DNA of 60,867 bases, counting the filler, from Sluysia triapertura (taxonomy: Eukaryota): assembly GCA_046118255.1 (NCBI GenBank). It is 5 parts of 5 records of this genome, joined end to end, with 100 filler letters (N's around TTAATTAATTAA, not from the genome) between each part and the next. Parts side by side here need not be neighbours in the genome. Positions count along the whole stretch, not along the records: positions 23,168 to 37,533 come from JBJNIA010262395.1; positions 37,634 to 48,431 come from JBJNIA010193327.1; 3 more parts are not named here. One strand, given 5' to 3'. Below are positions 24,727 through 38,800 of this stretch, piece by piece (position 1 is the stretch's first letter; each line of letters opens with the position of its first letter). The translations under genes and the position numbers were made by a program. The notes under the pieces are model-generated. The model worked only from the letters and a program-made list of their open reading frames with translations, did not search any database and had not been told where the DNA came from.

Positions 24727-27700
24727 CGTATTTCGTTTGTCTTTGAATGATCGCTTTTCAACAATAATGAATTTAATAAGGATCCATAAACTGGGCAATT
24801 TTGTTCTACAGCAACTTCAATAATCTGAATATGAAATAAATGATTAATAGACATTGTAAAATAAAAATATATGAAATTTTAAAAAAAATTGTTTTTCAAT
24901 AATTAATTACGAAATATTTTTAGAGCTTTCTTAACTTAACATTAAATCAAAATAAAGAAACATCGTGGGTTCGATTACAGTAAAAGGCTTAGGCGTACTT
25001 GTAACTACAACACGGGTAATGTAACGTGTGCCTTTCTACAGATCCTATCTTTCTTAACGTCGAATGCATTGCTTAGCTTATAGATTTAGCAAATGAGATG
25101 TAGTATATTATTATCGTAAGGCTGGTTAAACAATTAAATGGAAGATAAAAAATATTCAAAGGATGTTTATGATGTAATTAAAGGTTTATTACCTCTAATT
25201 TCTTCTTTTGCATGAAGTTTAAAACGGATGTTACTCCTCATTAAATGGAACAAAACAATTAAATAAATGATTTTGAGCGTAGTCTAAGATTTATTCTCCA
25301 AGAATAAACCAATCTTAAAAATATTAAATTTATTAATTAAAATTTTAACATGAATCGGAATAATTGCAGTATAATTTTCTGAATGACTACCAAGTTAAAA
25401 TTGTGAATGAAATGAGCAAAAGAATCAATATTTACACTGATTCTTAGCCAGTTAAATTTGGGTATGTAAAAAGTATTTAACTAATTTATTGTACAACACA
25501 TCAAAAAATTAGTATTACTTACTTAATAATTATTCTTATAACAATAATTACTTGTTAAAGTAAGTAGTAAATTTTTAAATTTTATTTAATATTTAAAAAA
25601 ATATTATTCATAATATTTTTATTATATTACTAAAATTATTAATATAAAGTTTTTAATAAAAGTATCCTTTACTTACTTTAATAACAACTTCTTATCATGC
25701 AACTATATTACCAACGACTTTTGAAGTTACTTCAGAAAAAATATGCATTGGTGTAAACTGATCCAAAATTGACTGACCGAGATTCTAATCCCGAACTTTT
25801 GTTATTTTTATTTTTGTTATATTTAACATATACCCTATTACGCGATATTATTTTTATTTTAAAAATATGGATGCAATGTAATGTAATCTTCATTACTCGA
25901 AATCACTTATTTAAATCGTAAATAAACATGTTAAGTTGTTTAAATTTTGTTTTAGTAAGTTATTTAAATTGATAAAATATTTCATTTTTTACAATAATTT
26001 ATTTTACTAATTATATGCCTTATAATGTTAAATCAAAAATAATTATTTGCTTTTTAAAACAAATAATGTTTTAATTTTATCTATATTTAATTAAGAAGTG
26101 ATTTAATATAAATTATATCTTAATATATTTAATAAACACTTAATAATGTCTTTAAATCATTCATTGTATATATAATACACAAAATTTATAATATTAAAAA
26201 ATAGTGCACTTATTTACTAATAAAATCAAAATAATACTTCTGCAAATGAAAATAGAAAACAATTTTCTTTTCTAATTAAATACTTAAATAAGGTAAATTA
26301 TAAAATTTTAAATTAAATTTAATAATTAATGAAAATATGTATTTAATTATTGTATCATTTAAAATGCATTTACATATTAGATATGGCATATCATTAATTG
26401 TTTTATGTAGAAAAAAAGATGTTCGTTAAGTCATAAGTTTTCGTTAATATATATGCTTCAAATGGATCCTCCTAATTTGATATTTTATTCATTATCTGTG
26501 GTTATGAATTCACCAACAAAGCACGATTTATTACGCAACGCTTATGTTAATCAAAACAATCTTTAAAGCGTAGTAAGAATGTTTAAAACTGAAACTATTG
26601 AACACATTTGAAACCTTTATGATTTATGACCTGCTATCGTTAGGATGACCAAACCAAATGAAAAGCCGAGCCACATAAGAAATTGAAACCTGTAAAAATT
26701 GTATATGTAGACCACACGTGGTACTGTTTTTATTTAAATTAGTGCTCCCATTAATATGACAATTAAAATCTGACAATTGTCAGATTTGTTACTGATATTT
26801 TGGAATATTTGACTTTTAATTTTGAAAATTGACCAGAGTTGTCTCATTGTTGCATTCATAATAAATTTAATATACTCGAATATTATATGGAATTGCTAAA
26901 GAAGTAGCAAATTGATTAGTATCCTTGTTAAAATAGTAAACTAATTGTGATAATTTGCATTTAGTTTTGTGATTTTTAAATTTACTGAGATTTCCAAGCT
27001 AAATTGATTGTGGTATTAGGTTAGTGTTAATAATTCAATTAAATACACAATAATTATATTACATTTTTATTATTAATTAATTTAATTCGTTTGACGACAA
27101 ATTAATCAAATTTAGTAATATAAATTGATTCGAAATAATTTTCCAAATAAAAGATTACGTTTAAAATATGTTTACTTCAAAATATATTTTAAATTTAACA
27201 ATTTAATTGTTCTGCTTTCTATCATTCGTTACATTTTTATTGGTTTATTGAATAATTCAACGTCATAATTTTAAATAAAATTTTTATTATTAAATTTGTT
27301 AGACAAACACCAGAACTTTAACATAGAATCTCTTATTGCTCTTATCTTTGAGCTATCCCACCGTCTAATAACTTATTTTCATTATAGTCAATTATACAAT
27401 TTCTTTAATTGGCAATTTTTACACCTCAGTCACAACATAATTTGATCTAAATCATGAAAATATTCATTTATTAATTAGTGTAAATAATTAATTTTTTTCT
27501 GAATTCATTTTCCATTTACTAATTTAGCTGTAAATGGCTTACAAATAGACTACGTATATTTAAAGTAACAAATCATAAACAACTTAAATTTTATGAAAAA
27601 TTCAGTGGTTCAGATTTTAGAAAAATAACTCTACAAATATATTGTTAAGATTATCAAGTATATAAAAAATGAGTAGAAAAAAATGAATAATTGATACAAA

Positions 27701-28853
27701 ATGATGGGCAAAACATTGTTAGAAAAAGAGTGATGAAAATGAAAATATCTAGAGTCATTTGAGACAAAAAGAAAACTTTAGAGATTCAATAGATACCTGT
27801 AAGGTGCTGAGACTCTTGAGAAAACTTTAGATTGGCTTGAAAATACATTGAAGTATTAAAGTACCCTTGAACTTGTGAACTTCGAGACAATTTACTATCT
27901 TATAAACTTTTAGTAACCTCTGAGATGTTGATGAATGTTTAAGTAAACTTGTAATGCATTTAAAACCTTTAAATTATTTGTGAAATGAAATCATATTATT
28001 AATATTAAAGACAAATTTTGTACATTAATTGTTAGCACAGAGAAGTTGATAATGATGAGGGTAAAAACACCTAGAATCCCTGAGTGCCTTATAAAGTACT
28101 AAATAACTTTAGAACTTAAATAAAACCTTAAATAAAATTCTAAAAATAGATTAATTAAAAATAGATTAAGTACTAAACAACTTTAGAACTTAAATAAAAC
28201 CTTAAATAAAATTCTAAAAATAGATTAATTCATTAAAATCTTAGTTTTCCTAATAAAGGAAAAACATGCTTTTATAAATAAAGTTTGAATACGTAATGTT
28301 ATGACGAAGTTGTTTTAGTGCTCTATTAATTTAATTGTTATTATTTGATTATTTTACTTGTAATTTATGATTTGTTGTTTAAATATTTATTTGGAATATT
28401 TAACTTTTATTCGTGTTAATTGATAATAATTTATGTGTTAAAATTACATTTATTATACTCATTGAGATTAATTTGCTAAAGATGCAACTGCATATTCTCC
28501 TGGAAAATTATGTGACATGATATTAATTTCATTTTTGATTAAGATTAAATTCCTTTTTGTGTTTCTCATTAACTGAATTAATTCTGTTTGCTTTTGTTTT
28601 TGTTATGAAGATGAAAACATTGACACATAATAAACAGTATTAAATAAACTAACTTTTTCTTTATTAAGTATTCCATTATGGTGTTTGTCTAAAGATTTTA
28701 GAGTTTCTCGAAAATATTCCAAGTCGAAATTATCTCGAGCATGAATCATCTGAATTTCCGCTCTTTTATACAAATCACTTTCAGTTATTTCAGCTTGTAC
28801 TCGTAAACCTTGATCAATTTCTTCTGCCTCAATAGCCTCTACACTATCACGGC
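24727..28853 (-). CDS. EF-hand-like protein (C1orf87-like), two internal exons 28853-28654 and 24824-24727
   Basis: Phase-compatible GT-AG splice joins ...FRETLKSLDKHHNGILNKEK to IIEVAVEQNCPVYGSLLNSLLLKSDHSKTNEIR, a paired EF-hand-like pattern. The family name comes from recalled similarity only. Confidence 0.65.
28094..28230. repeat. 74-bp tandem duplication
   Basis: aagtactaaa(t/c)aactttagaacttaaataaaaccttaaataaaattctaaaaatagattaatt occurs at 28094 and again at 28168. Confidence 0.9.
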
Positions 28854-29142
28854 CTGTAGAGGTTATTTGTAAAAGGTATTTTAATATTATCAAAATGAAA
28901 TAAAATTTAACTAAGGAATCTTTAAAAATGAGCAGTATTACTTAAATATGATCGTTATCTAGTTAAAGAAATTTTAACATTTTCTGAACTTTATTGCATA
29001 TTTTGCAAAATTATATATATAACAAAACAAAAAGTACTTAAAACCACGTGATTTAGAATAAAACATGATAAACAATTATTTAATTCTTATGACTTATTTT
29101 TATTAAAATAGCATAATAAATATTGAACAATATCTACAAATA

Positions 29143-29293
29143 TTTAACACTAAAGGTACAACGACCAATCAAATGACCGTTTTTAGTTTTATTTTAAAAA
29201 CATACTTCGAAATTGTATTGTTTTTTACTATTTTATAATATGACTTTTAATTTTTCATATAATTTTATATATAGGTACTGGTCAAATGACTAA
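29143..29293 (+). mobile_element. piggyBac-type MITE end, same family as 60175-60299
   Basis: Begins TTAAcactaaag and has a repeated gtcaaatgac motif; aligns in reverse orientation with 60175-60299. Confidence 0.7.
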
Positions 29294-30844
29294 NNNNNNN
29301 NNNNNNNNNNNNNNNNNNNNNNNNNNNNNNNNNNNNNNNNNNNNNNNNNNNNNNNNNNNNNNNNNNNNNNNNNNNNNNNNNNNNNNNNNNNNNNNNNNNN
29401 NNNNNNNNNNNNNNNNNNNNNNNNNNNNNNNNNNNNNNNNNNNNNNAATCATAAATAACTAATAAATGTAATTAGTCATCCTCAACTCATTCAAATAAGG
29501 GATCGTACACAGAATTTAGATGATTAGAAATAAAATTGGACAAAAATATGGAGATGCTACTACCTGTTACTTTATTACTGTGCAACTTTGATTAACTTAT
29601 TATAATTATGATTTTACAATCCTTCATTAAGTAGGTTTTGAAAATAATGATTTTATCGCCGTATTTAAACCGGTGGCAAAAATAGATAAATATCGATGGA
29701 TTTTAGAAAGTGAATTCCCTTAAATTTAAATTCTCTACTAAAAGAGAATCGAAATAAGCGCTGGTAATTTAAAACTTTGGGTGGTGGTAGAAAATATAAT
29801 AATATTATTTCTAAAGATCACTTTAAAATAATTTGCATTAATCAAATATTGAGTTTTATTTGTTCTGTTCATTTATAAAAAATTTTAATTATTTGCTTTA
29901 TTTCAAGAGTTTTATCGGAATAGCCCTCTTATTCATAACTAACAGCGCCATCATGAAGAGCTATTTTAAAGAAACTCGTATAATCAAAGAGGAATATTTA
30001 ATTATATGGTAACAGATACAAAATTTTATTAGAGTCAGTTTGAAAGGACTTATAAAATTATTTTTTCAAGTTCTATTTTAAATAAGGACGTATCATCAAT
30101 TTTGTTCAACCGTTTTATTGCATTAAATGAGACTCTCCTTGGAGATCATCAAACATATTTATTACGACTTTAATAATGTAAAATATTACGTTGGGATTAG
30201 TGAAAGATAAAGGTTGATATAAGGGTCAGGACTCAAGATAGCAGAATAAGTTGAACGTTATTAAAGAATTAAGATAAGATATTATGATGAATTATAATGG
30301 TAAAATAAACAGATAAAATACCAAAACGAAATAATGAGAAATGCGAGTTTTTAATGATGAAGTATTGCGAAGAACGTCAACCTAGATAATGTAAAAATTA
30401 GTCTTTAATTAATTTTTATAATTTAAAGTTAAAGTAAAATATATTAATAAAGTATCTGTCAAATTGATGCTTATAAAGATACTAATTCAAATATGTTATT
30501 GAACTTGACGTGCGACATACGGTTGAGGTTCAACATAATATACAAAATATTCCTATGAGAAATAAATTTATTATTTCATTAATTTTTTTCTTAAATTAAT
30601 TGACAAATTACGTTATTAATATAATAATGATTTTAAATTTTAAATAGATGATATTGAAAAGATAATGAAATTGTCTGCCACAATTAAAAAGATAATTAAA
30701 AAGATAATGACATTGGAAATAGGCGGAACTTGCTGTCGAAATTCAATCAGTAAAATTGGTCGGCTTATGGCCGACTGAAAGAGAATCGACAGTTTTAATT
30801 TCCGTCTTGTTCAATTTCTGATTTTTAATTTCCCTAATTATCAT

Positions 30845-31010
30845 AAAACTGCTATATAAGCAGTTTCATTTCTGCAAAAAATTAGAAGTACAAGCAAGAT
30901 AACAAAACTTTTTAGCTCTAGGGACGCTGCCTCAATTATCAGTGGATAACGGTGAAATTGAAGCTATTTCTTTAGCATTTGGCTATAAAATAGGAATATG
31001 GGTTAGTAAC
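30845..31010 (+). pseudogene. Degenerate OTU-like domain fragment (probably transposon-borne)
   Basis: NC..AVSFL (frameshifted, compare GNCLFRAVS) followed by GEIEAISLAFGYKIGIWV (compare OTU EI.A.S......I.V). Confidence 0.35.
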
Positions 31011-31561
31011 ATGTTTATTATTGATTGTATTTTGTATTAATAAGGGCGCAAAAATTCATCTTAGATAAGTTGTGTTTTATTATAAAGAATAATTTGTATT
31101 GTTATTGTTATGAAGAATATTTGCTGCAATCTTGAGATAATATAAAAAAATGTATATTGATATTTTGAATTTATTTAGTTATTGAGTTTAAATTGATATT
31201 TTAAAAAATAAAAAACAATTCTTCAGATAGCTGTTTCTGTTGAGTCGTAGACTCGCAGAGAGAGATACATTATATAGTAACCTGATTTTATCTAAAAATT
31301 TTGATCATAGCAATATAATATAAGAATGTTATATTTGATACAGTGGTGTAATTATTTATTATATCATTTATTATATTTCTTCAACTGGTGGAAATTTTAG
31401 ATAAAATTAAATTATTAATAATTTTCAATATTGTAAAAGGTTTACTAAAAAATAAAGTTTATTATCGAGTGATATAGAATTATAATTAGTTGTCTAATAC
31501 TTATATTTTATATATATACTTAATCGATTGAATAATAAAATATATCAAATATGCTAATAAC

Positions 31562-31963
31562 ATGGTAAATATAACTCTATTTTCTTTGATTGTTTTGTCA
31601 CGTATTTTTTCTTTGCAACGCATCACTGCAACTTATGAGTGTCCCTATATCGATAATACCGAAGTATTTGTTTTAATAATGGTGAACCTTATTTATTTAG
31701 ATGAACGACAATATTGTAATAGATCCTTTGTCATTTGCGGACGATAAACGATATTCGAAACATTTCGAAGTTTATTTCCATTTTATGGCATCAGTCGAAG
31801 CTGCAGGCAACTTCCAGTTGTTGAAAGTAATTGGCTGTTTAAATTTATCGATTGTATTCAGACTAAAGTAGCAGAAGAGGTTAAACTGAAATTGTCCAGA
31901 GCAGTTTTACCGAAAGAGCCGATAGAAGGAATATTAAGATTTAGAGCGTACGTTCTATGTTGA
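31562..31963 (+). CDS. Small putative secreted protein (~109 aa), exons 31562-31663, 31701-31826, 31862-31963
   Basis: ATG with a hydrophobic signal-like N-terminus (MVNITLFSLIVLSRIFSLQRITA). Two ~35-37-nt GT-AG introns keep the frame: ...DNTE|MNDNIVIDPLSF...QLLK|TKVAEE...RAYVLC*. Confidence 0.65.
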
Positions 31964-32008
31964 ATTTAATATTAATAATCATTTATAAATTGATTTATTT
32001 TGAATTTA

Positions 32009-33846
32009 ACATCCTGTTTCAAAAATTAGCAATACTATGGAATAAATAAAACACGAATAAACTATTATTTATTTATAGTTTCCAATTTTAGTACACTTTT
32101 AATTACTATATTGCATTTAGATAAATAAATTTCATTTCAAAAGTATAATAAGATACAAACTTTTTCTTCAAGAGGCTACTATACAAGTTATTGTACAAAG
32201 TTTGTGTTTTATTTTTGAGACCCAATTGCTATTATTTATTATCTAGTACTACTGAGTGTAAGGCTAATATAATAAGGCGTGATATCAAGGAGTGACACTG
32301 CAAGATACCAACATAATTCATCAAGAATATAAAAAGGTATCATTTATTCTGTAGATCAAACAAGAATTTGCTCCAATTAAATCAAGGAAAATTGCATTTT
32401 CCAACAAGGATGACGAGAAATAATGGTTGGGGAAGAATCAATGTATTATGAATAATGACAATAATGATGATTTCGATGACGAATTTTATGATGATGTTTT
32501 ATCGCTTTCTGATTTCGAAGACGACTTATTTGTTATGCTTTACCGTTTAAGCTTTTAATAATACATTTTTACTAATACTGCAGCTTTTACAGGCGTTTAA
32601 GATGTGCGATTATATATATTATTCTTGAAATGCATTCATAGTTTTAAATTTATAGGTTTTGAGTTGATCCTTCTGGAATCTTTTTGAAAATCCTTGGACG
32701 AGCCATTGAGTTTGTAAGTCTCGGAATACAATCGAATTCCTAATCTGAAATTATTTCTTTATGATTGCGTAGGTTAATACCTAACTAGCAAAGTGGGAAT
32801 TAATAAATAAGTACAAGAATCTTTCTCTTCAAAAAGAACGGATGGACACCTTCATATACTTAATATTTAAGTTATATATATTAATAATTTTCATTTTTAT
32901 TGTTCGTATTTTCATTCTAGCGGATCATATTTATAACAAATTCAATCATAAAGATACTATAAAACAAGTTCGATCGGAAAAATGAAAAAAATACGTAATG
33001 TTTATTTGTTTCTTCTCCAACTAAAATATTTCTTTTGAATCCTTTTGATGATGCCAATAGTATTGATGACAATTAGAACTATCAAAATTAAATTTCTTCT
33101 CATCTTGGTCCAGTCAGTGTGGTTATTAATATGATTTTCGGTAAAGTTAATTCTTGCTATTTTATGAGCATCAGTAAGTGGAGGTTTAGCAAGTATTTTA
33201 ATGAATTCGACCTAAGTAATGATTTCATAAGNNNNNNNNNNNNNNNNNNNNNNNNNNNNNNNNNNNNNNNNNNNNNNNNNNNNNNNNNNNNNNNNNNNNN
33301 NNNNNNNNNNNNNNNNNNNNNNNNNNNNNNNNNNNNNNNNNNNNNNNNNNNNNNNNNNNNNNNNNNNNTGACATTATGCGAGTTGTAGACAATGTTGTAC
33401 TTTTCTCATACATTATTAAACTCCTCTCTGCCCATTTGTTTCCATTGCTTTTTATAACTATTTTATCCAAATAATTGATCTGTTTAACTATTTTGGAAAA
33501 GATTGAAAAAAAAGTGGAAATACATTAATTATTCGATGACAAAAAGGCGTGTAGAGGTATTGAAAAACTCAGGAATATCTATAAAATACTAATTTTGTAT
33601 AAAACGTTGTATAGTCTCTTAAATAAAAAGTTTGTACAATGTGTTCTAAACTTTTGAAACGAAATTTATTTAACTAAATGCAATATCGAGTAATTAAAAA
33701 TGTACTAAAATCGGAAACTATAAATAAGTAATAGTGTTTATTCGTGTTTTATTTATTAAATAGTATTGTTAATTTGTTATAATATAAATTGTGTTTGTAT
33801 ATAAATCAAAAATAGAGGGTGTCCTACACTTTTGAAACAGGGTGTG
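32009..33846. mobile_element. Tc1/mariner-like long inverted termini (~210-270 bp) enclosing ~1.35 kb of non-transposase DNA
   Basis: 32009-32220 is the diverged reverse complement of ~33570-33846. Ends are acatcctgtttcaaaa and ttttgaaacagggtgtg followed by TA. Confidence 0.75.
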
Positions 33847-33961
33847 TATCATCATCTTCATATTCTAAAATGACATTACTTTGCATTTTATACAAAATAA
33901 TATTAGTAAATAATATAGTAGTGACTTAGAAATGTAAACAATTTATTACTATTACTATTAC

Positions 33962-34013
<52 letters not shown>

Positions 34014-35612
34014 TTTATTGAAAGACAATTATTTAATAAATCTAACAACAAACAAGATATTTTCGTTTTATAATGCATGCAAATAATGTCCATACTACTT
34101 ATTAAAATAGCATGTTTATTTATTGATGATTATATTTTAATTTATACTTTTATCGATTTGAATTGAGTGGACTTTGCGAATTTATTTTTCAGTTGTACAA
34201 TGTTGCAGTAAATATAGTTATAAGAAAAAGGAAATTTTTAAAAGTTTACTTCTTTTCTTACATTTCAAAAAAGGTGGGATTGACATACCTGGCAATGGAG
34301 GAGATCGATTGTGGCGGAGATTATATCACCGATTGAGAGACTGAGATATTTGTTTTTTCTAATGATTTAATAAATTCATTTTATCTAGAATTTTTGCATG
34401 GTTTTTATTCTTGATAAAAAACCGCACAAAATATGCACCAATCAAATAACATTTTAATTTGAAATTATTTTCTAAGTTTAACCATTTAGCGATATAATTT
34501 TCGATCAGCTCATCTTAGATCTAAATCGTGTTAGAAATAGTGTTAATCAGTGTTAATTATCAATACTTTTTGAAAGTAGTGTTTATTAGCTTTAGTTTGT
34601 TCTATACAACTTCTTCTACGAGGTTCCAAGATCTTCCAAGAATGGACGTCTTTCGAAGTGTTTCGAAAAAGTTTTAATTTCAATGAATTTTAATTTTTCT
34701 CATTTATTCTTTTATCTTTCTCATCGTTACAATAAATCGATAAGTTTAGGTAGTTTTCTTCGTATTTATTGCCCATTTCATAGGTCTGTAAATAAAACTT
34801 TATAATTGATCTATATCCAACTTTATAAATTTGGATCTATTTCATCTCTGGAACTGCCTACTTAATCGGTATTTGGATCTATTATTATTGGTATCTTATC
34901 CAAATAGCCAATTAAATATTAGATTAAATTATTATTAACCAATCATAATAAAAACAGAAAAGTATACTTTTTTGAAATATATAAAACAGAAATACATTTT
35001 TCAATTTATTTTGTGCTAATACTATTGACAAAATTGATTATTTTTTGTTATTAAACTAAATAAATCAATGTTTCTTGGAAACCAGTGAACCTTCCAAATT
35101 GTGTGTGTATCAAAATTCAAATCAACAAAGTCAATAAAACGTTCCAAAAAAAAATCAAAAAATTTATGATAGAATTATTTACTAACAATAATATTAATTA
35201 CGATTTTATAACTGAGCAAATATAATAGCAAACTTTAAAATAATTCTTTTCTATATTTAGATTCATGTATTATATCAATTATATATCTCTATATGTATAA
35301 ATAGATATCAAAATAAATAGAGAAAGGACAATTTATATAATTATTCTGTAATATGCGGTCTTTTTCTAGAGCTAATCTAGTTGTTACATATTCAAATAAC
35401 TAAAATGTTCTTTCATTGATGTTAATTACAAAACTAATTCAACACTAAGAAATCTTTTGTTACAATTATAATTACATTTATAATTAAGAATTTTTCTTAA
35501 ATATAATTATATTTTGAAGTTACAATTTTCATATTCAATTATTTTCAAAATACAAACTACTCATTTTTAATAGTAATACGTTATTAAATAATATTACAAA
35601 TTGAAAATAAAT

Positions 35613-35675
<63 letters not shown>

Positions 35676-35702
35676 TATTTTTCTTTATTTTATTTATTAT
35701 AG

Positions 35703-35800
35703 GTTATGGATTTATTGATTTTATTACTGAAGAAGATGCAAAGAAAGCCCTAGATCATATTCAAAATCAATTTCCGAATTTAAATGCTAAATATGCGAAG
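35703..35800 (+). CDS. Single RRM exon of an RBMS/Shep-like RNA-binding protein
   Basis: AG|GT-bounded exon GYGFIDFITEEDAKKALDHIQNQFPNLNAKYAK has the RNP1 motif and the A..AK ending of RBMS RRM1 (GYGFVDF...AQMAK). Confidence 0.75.
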
Positions 35801-38800
35801 GTTTAATAATAATAATTATTATTATCATTTTAATTATTAAATTTTAATAATCTCATTGAACATTGTGTAAAATTTGCATAGTTTTGCCGGATTCGAATTT
35901 AGATAACTGATTTAATTAAGAATTACTAAGAAAAAGAACAATATTTGCATTATTCGACAAACATACAATAGATAAGTATGAGTGTGATTATTATGTAAAA
36001 TAATACGATTAAATATTGACAGAAATGTAATCAAGAATATTTAAACAATAAAGAAAACTTTTTATAATAATAATAATAATAATCATAATAATCATAATCA
36101 TAATCATAATATATTAATTTAACACTTTTATATATTTTTTATTGAATAATGTATAAGCATTATATTTGCAATATTCTAATTAATTAACTGCTGCTCTTTG
36201 AAGGATTATTTGTGGGTCTCTCGATAAATGTATCCGAATTCCATATTCATTTTTGTGTCATTATATTTTAAAAAATTATTATCATTCCGTATGTGTTTCA
36301 AAATGTCTTAAATTACTGACAACGACGTTGTACCAAATTTCATTTCCGTCAAAGTTAAGAATGATATTTAATTGCGGCTCGCAAAAAATGGCTCGGACTA
36401 TCAAGTAGCTTGGCCACCCCTGTTACATGACAAAATGCTTAAATTATTTGACAAGAGGATTATATTATATGAAAAAACTTTGTATGTATAGACATTTTAA
36501 CTTCGAGTTGTCATAATTTAATTCTTCAAAAAATTCTATGTTATGCACATTGATTTGACACTTTATGTCTCTCTGAATTAATTCTCTGGGCTTAATTTAC
36601 CCACTAAAGTAAAAAAACGTAACAATAAAAAATGAGATTGTAAAAAAACTATTGTAAGCGCATGATCTGCAATCTTACTCGGTAATGAGTTGATCATTTT
36701 ATGTATCTAAAAAGAATCGGACTGGGAAATTGCAGTTTATTTAAGATATACTTCTAGGATAAGGGTTTCTTTGTCATTTTAAGATTTAGGACGTTAATGT
36801 TAATATTAATGATTGAATGTGTTTGAAATTTCGAACGCACCTATTAAAATGATTATAATGAAGTAATGTGAGAAGTTTTGAAGTTTGTTGTTGAAGAGTT
36901 GAATATTTTGAAAAGGTTGAATGTTTCTGTGTTTAATAATGAGTTTAATTGATTTTTTATTGCTTTTTTGAGGTTATTGAATCGTGAAGATAACAAAAAT
37001 TCAATTTTTACAGAATATGTTGGGATATTGTTGACTATAATAATCTAAAAATTGTTAGGCGGGTCTGATAGCTCAGTGGGTACTTTAATAAGTTTGTTTA
37101 TCCTCTATCTTGGGGGCTTTTAATCTTTAATCTCTTGGTTTTTTGGGAATAATCAATCTATTATACAACAACTGATATTCTCTTTCACATTTTCATTTCC
37201 TTCTTCTTCGTTTCATTTTGCATTCAATGGTTTTTATTTCTTCCTATTCTTCTATTTTAATTATTTTTTCCCTTTATTTATTTTCTTACATTCTCATTTC
37301 TTTATTTCACCCACTTAATTGTATATCTGTAATTTATCATTGGTGTGATTATGATTTAATATCTTTCTTTGTTCTTTCTGACTTATCAGTGGTATGTGTA
37401 GTGGCCAACCCCTTAACTTAAAAAAATAAAATAAAACTCATCACATAAAACAACATGCACAACTATAACACTTTTCCAACTCACACTTCACAAACTACAT
37501 CCAACAATAAATTAATCCATATCTTAACATTCCNNNNNNNNNNNNNNNNNNNNNNNNNNNNNNNNNNNNNNNNNNNNTTAATTAATTAANNNNNNNNNNN
37601 NNNNNNNNNNNNNNNNNNNNNNNNNNNNNNNNNCTAGAATTTCGATTTCTATTTTAGAAAATATTTCCTTTTTTAAAATTTTACGAATTATGATGACAAC
37701 CTAACAGAAAAAGACTTTATTATACTTTCCATGAAAATATTGATAAATTATTTTATTTCTAATTTTTTGTTTTATTAAAAAATATAGTAAAAAATAATTT
37801 TATTTTAAATAATAATAATAATAATTAAATAGTTAAAGTATAATATTAAACTATGATTATACAAAACAATTATGAGATGAATAATTACTAGAGATAATTT
37901 TATAAGAAATCATTTATTATAACTTTATGATTTTGTAATAACATCAATTATTGTTTAACGATGAATATATAATTACAAATATTAATGTAATAGTAGTAGT
38001 AATAATAATAATACATTGTACATAAAAATAACTTAAATAATTCTAAATTAAGCCCTTACTAAAATATTTCGAATGATTTTGATAGAAATAAATAATTGAT
38101 TATATTATTTATTGATTATTTATTGTTTTGACATTTAATAATTAAATAATTTAAAATTGCAATTACAATTATTAAATTAGTTATAATTTGTAATTTATTT
38201 ATAAATTATTTTTTCAAAATAATGTATAAATAAATTAAAAAATAATAAATAATTCAAAATAAATTAAATTAAGTATATTATGGTGTTCGTTTATTTTAAT
38301 TATGATATTAGTAAATATGTCAATAATTAATACAAATAAACAAGTAATATATTTAAGTAAATCTGAAGATGAAAAAATTGAGACTCATTAAGTAGGTTTT
38401 AAGTAATGATCTGTAATCTAAGTATTATAATTAAAATTATAATAACTTAAAAATAAAATTATTATTTTAATATTTTTTAAATAAAATAAGAAAATTAATT
38501 TTTTAACTAAATAAAACAATATTTCACATATTTTTAGCAAAAGATTCAATATAAAAAATCATTTCGTTTCCTTAGGTAGAAGTATTTCGGTTTTTCTTCG
38601 AAATATTTTTTGATAATACGTCCTTCTTGAATGTTCGAACAACAAAAATCATTTGGAATCAAGTCAAGATTGTAGTAAGAAGTGAATCTAACTTTGATTA
38701 TAAGATTACTTTAAATTCATAAAGTATATTGAAACTATGGTTTAGTTTAGAAAATTATTGTTAAATTGAAATGAAAATATCAACTTAAAGTCCTTACTAA

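Noticed and set aside
26766-26787. 22-bp perfect palindrome aaatctgacaattgtcagattt
   Set aside because: Isolated, and most consistent with a subterminal motif of a decayed DNA transposon; no further support.
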